A DNA stretch of 64,000 nucleotides from an uncultured Gammaproteobacteria bacterium (GTDB taxonomy: Bacteria > Pseudomonadota > Gammaproteobacteria > Chromatiales > Chromatiaceae): assembly GCA_963695445.1 (NCBI GenBank), contig CAVOGV010000061.1, positions 141,715 through 205,714 of the forward strand. Direction: 5' to 3'. The position numbers were made by a program, and so were the translations under genes. The notes beneath the pieces are model-generated. The model saw only the letters and a program-made list of their open reading frames with translations, made no database searches and was not told where the DNA came from. This document shows positions 43,494 through 53,129 of this stretch, piece by piece. Position 1 is the stretch's first letter, and the number at the start of each line of letters is the position of its first letter.

Positions 43494-46309
43494 ATGAGCT
43501 TCCGTCTCATTTCCATCATCGGGATCGCCCTGGTGCAGGCGGTGCTTTTCGTCCTGCTGATCGTGATTGGACTGGGTCTAAGTACCGCGGAGCTGGATGC
43601 AATGATGATGACGTCAGGGCGCGCGATTCTTGCCCTCGCCCTATTGCAGATATTGCTCGTGGGCAGCTTTTCGGTAGCCCTAGCCAGGCGGCGCGGACGC
43701 GAACTCGCGCAGCTGCAGCAGGGCGCTGAGCGCATCGCGTCGGAAGGCCCTGGGGTACAGCTGGCCGAGCCGCAGGACCCTGGTCTCGGGCGCGTTTCGG
43801 CCGCCTTCAACCATATGTCGCAGCAACTCGCCGATTCCTACGCGACGCTGCGAACCACATTGAGTGAAACGCGGTTGTTGATGGCGCTGGTCTCCGAGAA
43901 CGAGCGCCAGAAGCAAAAACTGGTAGAGGCCGCTCTCGATGGCATCGTCTCCGTCGACGAGCGCGGCGTGGTGCTCGACTACAACCCCTCCGCCGAGCGC
44001 TTGTTCGGTTACGCACGCGATGAGGTCGTCGGGCGGCCCCTCGACGACTGTATCGTCGGCTCCGACCTGGGCGCCGACACCGCGGCCAGTGAACTGCTGT
44101 TCGGTGCCGAAGACGACGGCGTCGGCCGACTGCGAGAGCTGACGTTGCTGGGCAAGGACGGGCGCAGGCTACCGCTGGAGATCAGTGCGATACGCTGGCG
44201 CACTGAGCGTGGCGAATACCGTACGGCGTTCATGCGCGACATCTCCGATCGGAAACGCTACCAGGACGTGCTCGAGGAGTCGGCCCGAAGAGCCCGTGAT
44301 GCCAGTACCGCGAAATCGCGTTTCCTGGCCTCTATGAGCCATGAGATCCGCACACCGCTGAACGCGATCCTGAACATGAACGAGATGCTGCTCGAGACCG
44401 GGCTCAACGACGAGCAGCGTGACTACGCTGCTACCGCCAGCGAGTCGGCCAGCGCGTTGTTGTCGATCGTCAACGGCGTTCTGGATTTTTCCAAGATCGA
44501 GGCCGGGCGGGTGGAGGCAACGCTCCAGCCGAGCGACCCTGAGGAGATCGTCAAGTGCGTCGTCGACCTGCTCGCCGCGCGCACCTATGCCAAGGACATT
44601 CAACTCACCGTCTACTGCGATCCCTCGGTACCGTTGGAGATCGAGACCGATCCGGGGTTGGTGCGGCAGATCCTGCTGAATCTGATCGGTAACGCCATCA
44701 AGTTCACCGACGAAGGGGCCGTTCGCGTTCATTTGGCCCTAAATGACGTCGGGAGTGGCGCGGCTGACGCCCTGAATGATGTCCTGAATATTGAGGTCAT
44801 CGACACAGGCATCGGCATTGCCGCCGACAAGCAGCCCGCGTTGTTCGACGAGTTTGTGCAGGCCGATGCCGCTGACAATCGAAAATACGGCGGCAGCGGG
44901 CTTGGGCTGGCCATCAGCCGCCGGCTGGCGCGCCTGCTCGGTGGCGACGTCGCGCTGTGCAGCACGCTGGGGGAGGGCAGCTGCTTCACACTGCAGTTGC
45001 CGTTGCCGGGGCCCGTCGATCCGACCTCCGAGGTCCGCTCCGCGGCGGCAGAGCCGTTGCGGGACTGGTGTCTGTCCCTTTGGCTCGACAACGCCCTAGT
45101 GGCCGAAGATCTGGCGAATCAGCTCACCGTCTTCGGCCTGAGCGTGGAGATCGTGCCGCCGGCGCAGGTCACTGACGACGTCGGCTGCCATGGCGAGATC
45201 CTGCTGGAGCCGAAGCCCGGCGGCGAGGCGGCACGCCGCGGCGACCGGCCGCGACGCGTAGCCCTGTATCAGAACGGCAATCGTTGTCGAGTCAACCTTG
45301 GCCAGCAGGCAAGTGTCATCGCGGCGCTGCGTATTCCCGTGGTGCCCTCTGCTCTGATCAGTCGCCTGGTTCAGGCCGCGACTGCCACGTCGCCGCTCGC
45401 GGAACCCGACTCCGGCGATGATCTCGCCGAGCGCTTGACTCGCTGTGCCGCGTCGGCGGCGTCGGTGCTGCTGGCGGAGGACAGCCGCGCCAACCAATTG
45501 GTCGCGACCACCATTTTGCGTAAGGCCGGCTTTCGGGTCGATGTGGCCGAGAACGGGCTGCAAGCGGTGGCCGCGGTGAATCGTCGCAGCTACGGTCTTG
45601 GTGCTGATGGACATGGCCATGCCGGAGATGGATGGCCTGGAGGCCACCGGGTGCATCCGCGCCCTGCCTGGCAAGCGTGGACGCGTGCCGATCGTGGCAA
45701 TGACGGCGAACACGTTCGACGAGGATCGCCAGCGCTGCCTGGCGGCCGGAATGGACGACTATCTCGACTAAACCGATCGAGCGCCGCGCCCTGTACGAGG
45801 CCCTGCTGCGGTGGCTCGATCCAAGCGCACCGGAATCGCCGGCAGCGCCAGCGCTGGAGCCATTGCCGAGACGTTCGGAAACGGATTGGTCGGAGGCTGG
45901 TCCGACCCAGCCCCGCGGCAGCGGCGACGCCATCGAGTCGCAGGCAGTTACTGATGGCCCCCTCGACGAACACGTCATTACCGCCTTGGCCGCGGACCTT
46001 TCCGACGAATTGATGCCGGCCGTGGTGAGCACATTCATCGAAGAAGCGGCGCAGCGCCTGGACGCCATCGCGCGCGCGGCCGCAATCGGCGATGCAGCGC
46101 TGGCAGGGGAAGAAGGACATGCGCTGAAGGGCAGCGCGGCCACCTTCGGCGCGCGTGCACTGCGCGAGACCGCCTTTGCCATCGAGGAGGCAGGTCGCAC
46201 GGGGTCCATCGACGGCGTTCGCGCCAATATCGATGCGCTACGCAGCCGTGGCGAAGCGGTTATCACCGTGCTGCGCGAGCGCTTTTGCACGGAATCCGAA
46301 CCGAATTGA
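43494..46309 (+). CDS. Hybrid sensor kinase 2TM-HAMP-PAS-HisKA-HATPase-REC-Hpt; two +1 frame breaks (~45600, ~45768)
   Basis: [33 protein letters not shown]; [20 protein letters not shown]; Hpt [12 protein letters not shown]. Confidence 0.92.
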
Positions 46310-46537
46310 GCGCAGCCCTGCAGTGGGGACTGACCGACGCGCTGGTGACGGGTATCATTAAGAGCCCGCGGCGCGCCGTAGGGCCGTGCGTGGCGACTTC
46401 CGTGCTGCTAAGAGCGGCGCCGTTAGTCCCTTATCTTAAACATCTTGAACAACGACAACGAACACAGTTTTCGACCCTGCCTATTGGTTCCGGCCCCGCC
46501 CGGTTAGGGCTATGCAATGACTGAGGACACCGACAAT

Positions 46538-47950
46538 ATGGCCAGCGAACGACCCTCGGTATTGATCGTCGAGGACAGCATGTCGCTCGGGGCGGTCTAT
46601 CGAGCCTACCTGCGTGACGAGCCCTATGATGTCGCGCATGTGCCGAACGGCGCCAGTGCAATGGCACGCATCAAGCGCGATCCGCCGCAGGCGATGTTGC
46701 TGGATCTTCAGCTGCCGGACATGGACGGCATGGATATTCTCCGCCACATCCACGAGAATCGAATGCCGGTTTCGGTGGTCATCATCACCGGCCACGGATC
46801 CGTGGACAAGGCCGTCGACGCGATGCGCTACGGCGCGTTCGATTTCGTCGAGAAGCCCCTCAGTCAGAAGCGCATGATCGTGACGTTGCGCAACGCCGTC
46901 GACCGTATGCGCTTGAACGACCTGGTCGATCGGATCAAGGACGATTTTCAGCGCGACCACTACCATGGCTTTGTCGGTGCTTCGCTGCCGATGCAGGCGG
47001 TCTACCGCATCATCGATAGTGCGGCACCGAGTCGCGCCACGGTGTTCATCACCGGCGAGAGCGGTACCGGCAAGGAAGTCTGCGCCGAGGCCATCCATCG
47101 CCAAAGCGACCGTCGCGATGCCCCATTCATCGCGCTCAACTGCGCCGCGATCCCCCACGACTTAATGGAGAGCGAGATCTTTGGCCACGTCAAGGGCGCC
47201 TTCACCGGCGCCGTCCGCGACCGTGTCGGCGCCGCCAAACAGGCCGATGGCGGCACGCTGTTTCTCGACGAGATCGCCGAGATGGACCTGGACCTGCAGA
47301 GCAAGCTGTTGCGCTTTGTGCAGACTGGCTCCTTCCAGCCCGTGGGTGGTGCCGCCGTGACCAAGGTGGACGTGCGCTTTGTCTGCGCTACCAACCGCGA
47401 TCCGTTGATTGAGGTCGGCGCCGGCCGCTTTCGCGAAGACCTGTTCTATCGACTGCATGTGATCCCCATCCAGCTGCCGGCGCTGCGCCAGCGTCAGGAC
47501 GACATCCTGGAACTTGCCGGCCATTTCCTGGCCCGCTATGCCAAGGAGGAGGGCAAGCAACTGCAGGGCTTCGATCCGGAGGTGGAGAGCATCTTTCTGG
47601 CCTATGACTGGCCAGGCAATGTGCGTCAGCTGCAGAACGTGATCCAGAATGTCGTCGTGCTCTACAACGGGGACCTGGTCACGCGCGAGATGTTGCCGCC
47701 GCCGCTGAATCGGGTCGACATCGACGCACCGGGGCGCGCGGCGCATTCCGCGCAGCGTGTCGGCGTTAAACAGTCCTTTACGGCGGCGGATGAGTCGGTT
47801 ATCCGCCCGCTCAGGGACATCGAGCGGGATGCCATCGAGCAGGCGATCGCCTTCTATGATGACAACATTCCCCGCGCCGCTGCCGCCCTAGGCGTCAGTC
47901 CGTCGACGATCTATCGCAAGCGCCAGACCTGGGATGAGGCGAGTGCGTGA
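46538..47950 (+). CDS. Sigma54-dependent response regulator, LuxO/SypG-like (REC-AAA-HTH)
   Basis: VEDSMSLGAVYRAYL, GESGTGKEVCAEAIH, GAFTGA, WPGNVRQLQN, NIPRAAAALGVSPSTIYRK. Confidence 0.92.
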   Translation: MASERPSVLIVEDSMSLGAVYRAYLRDEPYDVAHVPNGASAMARIKRDPPQAMLLDLQLPDMDGMDILRHIHENRMPVSVVIITGHGSVDKAVDAMRYGAFDFVEKPLSQKRMIVTLRNAVDRMRLNDLVDRIKDDFQRDHYHGFVGASLPMQAVYRIIDSAAPSRATVFITGESGTGKEVCAEAIHRQSDRRDAPFIALNCAAIPHDLMESEIFGHVKGAFTGAVRDRVGAAKQADGGTLFLDEIAEMDLDLQSKLLRFVQTGSFQPVGGAAVTKVDVRFVCATNRDPLIEVGAGRFREDLFYRLHVIPIQLPALRQRQDDILELAGHFLARYAKEEGKQLQGFDPEVESIFLAYDWPGNVRQLQNVIQNVVVLYNGDLVTREMLPPPLNRVDIDAPGRAAHSAQRVGVKQSFTAADESVIRPLRDIERDAIEQAIAFYDDNIPRAAAALGVSPSTIYRKRQTWDEASA

Positions 47951-48434
47951 TCCACGCTCGGCGTTGCTATGGTTGGCGGCGACCGCGCTGGCGCTGACTG
48001 CGATCGCCGTCTCGGTCTACAAGGCCTGGCCCCTGCTCTATCCGCAGACCGCCGAACGCGCGCGCCTGAACCCGGATTGCAATTTGCGCCAAGCCGCCTG
48101 CAGCGTCCGCTTTCAGTCGGGCGGCTCCGTCGTGCTCGACATCCAGCCCCGCGGCATCCCCGTGCTGCGGCCCCTGCAGATACAGGTTGAGCTCGACGCC
48201 CTACCGACGCCGCAGCGCGTCGAACTCGACTTCGCCGGCTTCGACATGGACATGGGCTATAACCGGGTCGTTCTGCACGCCGGCAGCGACACGGCGGCAC
48301 GTTACTACAGCGGCAGCGGGATGCTCCCGATCTGCGTCCGCGACCGCATGACCTGGGAGGCGCGGGTGCTGCTCTATCTGCCGGATGGCATCCTCGCCGC
48401 GCCTTTTCGCTTCGAAACCTACCGGTCACCCTGA
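47943..48434 (+). CDS. Membrane-anchored periplasmic hypothetical protein
   Basis: N-terminal TM; CNLRQAAC, FAGFDMDMG, LPIC..MTW; overlaps regulator stop. Confidence 0.7.
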   Translation: MRDPRSALLWLAATALALTAIAVSVYKAWPLLYPQTAERARLNPDCNLRQAACSVRFQSGGSVVLDIQPRGIPVLRPLQIQVELDALPTPQRVELDFAGFDMDMGYNRVVLHAGSDTAARYYSGSGMLPICVRDRMTWEARVLLYLPDGILAAPFRFETYRSP

Positions 48435-48502
48435 GCCCCGGTTGTGCGGGGATGTTTGCCGATGCGCCGAGGTTTTGCGGCGGCAACGTGCTTCTTGAGC
48501 AA

Positions 48503-48523
48503 AGGGCCGAGGGCCGAGGGCCG
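48503..48523. repeat. Heptamer tandem repeat AGGGCCG x3 (x2 also at 35292-35305)
   Basis: Direct reading. Confidence 0.7.
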
Positions 48524-48680
48524 AGCGCCAAGGTCCGATATTGTGTAGCCTCGCCGTGCAGCGGTACTCAGGCACTTGGTCTACTCGAAGCGATGAACTG
48601 GCTGAGCCGCGATGTGCTCCAGGTTCCGCGTGCCTGCACGACCGCGGCAGCAGAAAATTAGCACTCGATAATATTGTTTA

Positions 48681-48722
48681 TTGATCTCGGTCAATCAACG
48701 GGTGTCGATCCCTGCCTATGCT
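48681..48722 (+). promoter_or_regulatory. FNR-type box with -10 element (class II geometry)
   Basis: TTGAT-CTCG-GTCAA (1 mismatch to TTGAT-N4-ATCAA) and TATGCT at 48717-48722. Confidence 0.55.
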
Positions 48723-48774
48723 TTTGCTGTGTGGGCGCTGCGGCCCGCGCATTGTCAATGACCGGAGGAAAGCA

Positions 48775-49104
48775 ATGCTCAACAAGAAGCGTGTCCTACT
48801 TGCTGCCGTCGTCGTCGGCGGAACCGTGCTTGCGTCGACATCCGCGCAGGCATTTTGGGGTCCATTCAGCCCCTGGAACTGGGGTGGCCCCGGTTGGGGC
48901 GGTCCGGGTTGGGGCGGCTGGGCTCCCGGCGGTTATGGCTATCCCGGCTACGGGTACGGCTATCCGGGCTACGGTTACGGTTATCCCGCCTATGGCTATG
49001 GCTACCCGGCCTACGGCTATGGCTATCCGGGCTACGGCTATCCTTACGCCACGCCTTATGCCGGTTACCCCGCTGCCGCGGCTCCAGCGCAAAGCAGCGA
49101 GTAG
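48775..49104 (+). CDS. Sulfur globule envelope protein (SgpC/CV3-like)
   Basis: Signal peptide AQA|FWGPFSPWNWGG, GGPGW and YGYGYP(G/A) repeats, Ala/Pro tail; GGAGG RBS. Confidence 0.8.
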   Translation: MLNKKRVLLAAVVVGGTVLASTSAQAFWGPFSPWNWGGPGWGGPGWGGWAPGGYGYPGYGYGYPGYGYGYPAYGYGYPAYGYGYPGYGYPYATPYAGYPAAAAPAQSSE

Positions 49105-49377
49105 TCCCAAGCCATCGACCGGTTCGGATCCGGTTCTGACCGGGTCTCGCCCGGCTCGTCCCGGTTCCGTCCGGGGCGGCTCGCATCGATCCTCTCTCTA
49201 TCGGGGCGCGTTCATGTGCCCCTTCGCGCCAGCCAGCTTCGCTTCAACTCCGGTCCAGCCCCGGAGACTGTGCGAGCCAGGTCTCCCGGCTTCGGCGCGA
49301 ACGATTTCGTCTCGGCTGCTATCATCGCGCGGTTGGCAGATTGCGCTGCATAGAACAGTGATTCGCGGAGACGTCAT

Positions 49378-50367
49378 ATGTCTGTACTCGTCGGTGATAT
49401 CGGTGGCACCAAGACCGGCCTTGCCGTCGCCGAGCTGAGCCAAGAGGCTGCCAATGGCATCACGCTGTCGCTGGAACGGCGTTACCCAAGCGCCGAGTTC
49501 GCTTCGCTCGCCGACATCGTCGAGCGCTTTGTCGAGGAGACCGGCGCCGACTGCGAAGTCGCCAGTTTCGCCATTGCCGGACCGGTGGTGGACGATCGCA
49601 GCAAGACGACGAACCTGCCATGGGAACTGGACGCGCGTGCATTGGCCGATCGGCTCGGCTTTCGCCGCGCGCGGCTGCTCAACGATCTGGAGGCCGTGGC
49701 CTGGGGCGTCGCGGCGCTGGGCGACGGGGATCTGGCTGAACTGCAGTCAGGCGGGTCCGATGCAGGTCAAGGCGGCAACGCCTGCGTGGTGGCTGCCGGA
49801 ACCGGACTTGGCGAGGCCGGTCTCTACTGGGACGGCAACCGTCATCACGCCTTCGCCACCGAGGGCGGCCATGCCGACTTTGCACCCACCGATGATCGCG
49901 AGTTCGGCCTGCTCAAGCATTTGCAGCAGCGCTTCGGGCACGTGAGTTGGGAGCGGGTGGTGTCCGGTATGGGCATCGGCAACCTGTATCTGTTTCTGGC
50001 CCAATCCCATCACGCCGAGCACCCGGCCGCGGTGGCCACGGCGCTGGCCTCCGACGGTGATCTTGCCGCCGCGGTCGCGGTCGAGGCCGCCGCCGGTTGC
50101 CCCCTGTGCGCCGAGACCATGGACCTGTTCGCGCTGTTGTACGGCCGCGAGGCCGGCAACATGGCGCTCAAGCACATGGCATTGGGCGGGGTGTTTCTTG
50201 GTGGAGGCATCGCGCCGAAGAATCTGGACCTGCTCCGAAACGGTGGCTTCATGCGCGGCTTTCTCGACAAGGGTCGCATGCGCCCGCTGATGCAACGGAT
50301 GCCGGTGCGGGTGATTCTGGAGCCGCGGACACCGTTGCTCGGCGCCGCCCGCTTTCTGCTGTCCTGA
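49378..50367 (+). CDS. glk: Glucokinase
   Basis: GDIGGT, TNLPW, LLND, GTGLG, EGGH, ERVVSG, GGIAP. Confidence 0.95.
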   Translation: MSVLVGDIGGTKTGLAVAELSQEAANGITLSLERRYPSAEFASLADIVERFVEETGADCEVASFAIAGPVVDDRSKTTNLPWELDARALADRLGFRRARLLNDLEAVAWGVAALGDGDLAELQSGGSDAGQGGNACVVAAGTGLGEAGLYWDGNRHHAFATEGGHADFAPTDDREFGLLKHLQQRFGHVSWERVVSGMGIGNLYLFLAQSHHAEHPAAVATALASDGDLAAAVAVEAAAGCPLCAETMDLFALLYGREAGNMALKHMALGGVFLGGGIAPKNLDLLRNGGFMRGFLDKGRMRPLMQRMPVRVILEPRTPLLGAARFLLS

Positions 50368-51233
50368 TGTCGCATCGCGCGCGCATCGGCGCCTGGATCG
50401 AGTCGCCGCTGGTCCAGCGCGTGATCATCGCGCTGATCGTGGTCAACGCCGTCACGCTCGGGCTGGAGACGTCGGCCACGGTGATGGCCCACTCTGGTCC
50501 GGCACTCAAGCTCTTCGACCACGTCGTGCTCGCCGTCTTCGTGCTGGAGATCGGCGCCAAGCTGTTCGCATTTCGACTGGGCTTCTTTCGCAACGCCTGG
50601 AATCTGTTCGACTTCATCATCGTCGGCATCGCGCTGATCCCGGCCAGCGGACCGCTGGCGGTGCTGCGGGCCTTGCGCGTACTGCGCGTGCTGCGGCTGA
50701 TCTCCAGTGTGCCCAGGCTGCGCTTCGTCGTCGAGGCCCTGTTGCAGGCGGTGCCGGGCATCTCGTCCATCGCTGTCCTGATGCTGCTGTTGTTTTACGT
50801 GTTCGCGGTCATGTCCACCAGCCTGTTCGGACCACGGTTCCCGGACTGGTTCGGCAGCATTGGCGCGTCGATGTACACGCTCTTTCAGATCATGACGCTG
50901 GAGAGCTGGTCCATGGGCATCGTGCGGCCTGTCATGGACGCCTATCCCTATGCCTGGGCCTTCTTCATCCCGTTCATCCTGATTGCGACCTTCACCATGC
51001 TGAACCTGTTCATCGGCATCATCGTCGACACCATGCAGACCATGCATGGGGCCGAGCATGAGGCCGAGCGCGAGCAGATCGAAGGTGCCGTGCACGGCGA
51101 CACCGACCGGGTGATCGCCGAGGTCGCGACCCTGCGCGGCGAGATCGCGGCGCTGCGCATGCTGCTCGAGCAGGATCGTCTGGTCAGGCGGAGCGGGGGA
51201 CATTCGTTGCATAATGAGCGTTCAGACCCTTAA
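50367..51233 (+). CDS. Bacterial voltage-gated sodium channel (BacNav)
   Basis: WNLFDF (S3), S4 RALRVLRVLRLI, filter TLESWSM, NLFIGII, C-terminal coiled coil. Confidence 0.92.
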   Translation: MSHRARIGAWIESPLVQRVIIALIVVNAVTLGLETSATVMAHSGPALKLFDHVVLAVFVLEIGAKLFAFRLGFFRNAWNLFDFIIVGIALIPASGPLAVLRALRVLRVLRLISSVPRLRFVVEALLQAVPGISSIAVLMLLLFYVFAVMSTSLFGPRFPDWFGSIGASMYTLFQIMTLESWSMGIVRPVMDAYPYAWAFFIPFILIATFTMLNLFIGIIVDTMQTMHGAEHEAEREQIEGAVHGDTDRVIAEVATLRGEIAALRMLLEQDRLVRRSGGHSLHNERSDP

Positions 51234-51317
51234 AGTGGTCTATGATGTAATCCGTGTATTGATCTGAATTGGCGGCAGAATGTTTGAAACGATGTGCTTG
51301 CTGACGGCGCAGGAGTC

Positions 51318-53129
51318 ATGAGGGAGCGCCGCGCTGCGGGCCGCCGGCATGCCGATCGCCCACTGTCGGACTTGCTTTTCGGCCAGCTGCGACCGGTACT
51401 CGGGCTTGCGTGGCTGCTGCTGTTCGTGCCCCTGTCCGCGTCGGCGCTGAACCTAGAGGTCAAGGTGGAGGGCGTCGAGGGCGAGGAGCAGAAGAATGTG
51501 CTCGCGCTGCTGGGCATCTATCAGGAACGGGCCGACAAGGAACTCACGGTGGCGCGCGTGCTGGCGCTGCATCGGCGCGCGCCCGATCAGATTCGCGATG
51601 CGCTCGCGCCGTTCGGCCTCTATCGCGTCGAGGTGCAGGACTCGCTGACGGAGCCCGCGGCGGACGGCGGCAAATGGATCGCAACCTACAAGATCACCCC
51701 CGGCGCGCCGGTCAAGATCGGCAGCATCGACTATCAGATCACCGGTGCCGGTGCCGCCAACCCGGCGTTTCCAAAGCAATTCGGCATGAAGGTCGGCGAC
51801 GTCTTGCTGCACTCGGCCTACGAAAAGGCAAAGGCGCAGATCGTCACGGCGGCTTCCGAAGAGGGCTATCTGGATGCTGACCTGATACGCCATCAGGTGC
51901 TGATCGATCCGGTGGCCTACGACGCCATCATCGAGTTCCACATGGACACCGGCCCGCGCTATTACCTGGGCAAGGTGCAATTCAAGCAGGACCTGCTCGA
52001 CGACAGCTACCTGCAGAAGTTCGTCCGCTTCAAGCCCGGCGACGTCTATGATCCGGACCGGCTGCTGGCGCTGCAGGGCCGCCTGCTGGGTATGGAATAT
52101 TTCGAGAATGTCGAGATCGTGCCGCTGACCGAGCAGGCAGACGCCAATAACGTGATTCCGATCGAAGTGATCGCGCAGCGTAACAAGGCCAACAAGTACC
52201 GCGTCGGCATCGGCTATGGCACCGACGTCGGGCCGCGGTTGCTGCTGGAGTATCAACGGCGATACATCGGTCGTCATGGGCACAAGCTCAAGACCGAGAT
52301 CACGGTCTCGCAGCCGCAACAGTCGCTGGTAGCGGAATACCGAATACCGTTTCGCAATCCGGTGCGGGACTATCTGCTGATTCGCCCTGAGTTCTATTCC
52401 TACGACACCGAAAGCCGTCAGGGTACGTCGTTCAAGCTGTCCGGGGCGCAGTCGATCGTTACGCGCGGCGGCTGGCGGCGCAACATCGGCATCGACTACC
52501 GCTATGAAGACTACGAGATCGGCTCGTCCGACACCGACACCTTCAACGGCCTGGTACCGAGTATCTCCTGGTCCAAGGTCGACGCCGATGATCCGCTGAA
52601 CACGCGTAACGGCTACCGCCTCAAGTACATCCTGCAGGGCACCGCCGGTGGCGTGCTGGCCGACACCAGCTGGCTGAGTGCCAGCGCCAGTGGCAAATAC
52701 ATCAAGAGCTTCGGCGAGCGCTACCGCTTCATCACCCGCGCTGATCTCGGTGCGATCTGGGCCAGCAGCGTCGAGGACGTGCCTGGAAGTCTGCGCTTCT
52801 TCGCCGGTGGCGACCAGAGCATTCGGGGCTGGGCCCTGGATGCGCTTGGTCCGATCGATCCGGACACGGGCGAGGTCATCGGCGGTCGTTATCTGGCGGT
52901 GGGCAGTCTGGAGCTGGAGCGCAAGATCAAGGGCAATTGGAGCGCGGCAGTCTATACCGACTTCGGCAACGCCTTCGACCCTGCCTACACCAGCGAATGG
53001 GAACAAAGCGTCGGTGCTGGTGTTCGTTACGCAACGCCGATCGGCCCGGTTAGGGTCGGCGTTGCCTATGCCATGACCAAAGACCCCGCCGGTTTTCGGC
53101 TCATCATCGGCTTGGGGCCGGACCTATGA
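51318..53129 (+). CDS. tamA: Translocation and assembly module outer-membrane subunit
   Basis: POTRA-like N-terminus, GYGTDVG, RFFAGGDQSIRG, GVRYATPIGP, GLGPDL C-terminus. Confidence 0.93.
   Translation: MRERRAAGRRHADRPLSDLLFGQLRPVLGLAWLLLFVPLSASALNLEVKVEGVEGEEQKNVLALLGIYQERADKELTVARVLALHRRAPDQIRDALAPFGLYRVEVQDSLTEPAADGGKWIATYKITPGAPVKIGSIDYQITGAGAANPAFPKQFGMKVGDVLLHSAYEKAKAQIVTAASEEGYLDADLIRHQVLIDPVAYDAIIEFHMDTGPRYYLGKVQFKQDLLDDSYLQKFVRFKPGDVYDPDRLLALQGRLLGMEYFENVEIVPLTEQADANNVIPIEVIAQRNKANKYRVGIGYGTDVGPRLLLEYQRRYIGRHGHKLKTEITVSQPQQSLVAEYRIPFRNPVRDYLLIRPEFYSYDTESRQGTSFKLSGAQSIVTRGGWRRNIGIDYRYEDYEIGSSDTDTFNGLVPSISWSKVDADDPLNTRNGYRLKYILQGTAGGVLADTSWLSASASGKYIKSFGERYRFITRADLGAIWASSVEDVPGSLRFFAGGDQSIRGWALDALGPIDPDTGEVIGGRYLAVGSLELERKIKGNWSAAVYTDFGNAFDPAYTSEWEQSVGAGVRYATPIGPVRVGVAYAMTKDPAGFRLIIGLGPDL

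Noticed and set aside
46310-46537. Qrr sRNA homolog next to the luxO-like gene
   Set aside because: Conserved Qrr core not found on either strand and no clear divergent sigma54 promoter
48658-48684. CIRCE element (TTAGCACTC)
   Set aside because: Only the left arm matches; the right arm reads GTTTATTGA instead of GAGTGCTAA
48931-49047. 21-nt periodic repeats as a CRISPR or VNTR
   Set aside because: In-frame coding repeats with synonymous variation and no spacers or cas genes
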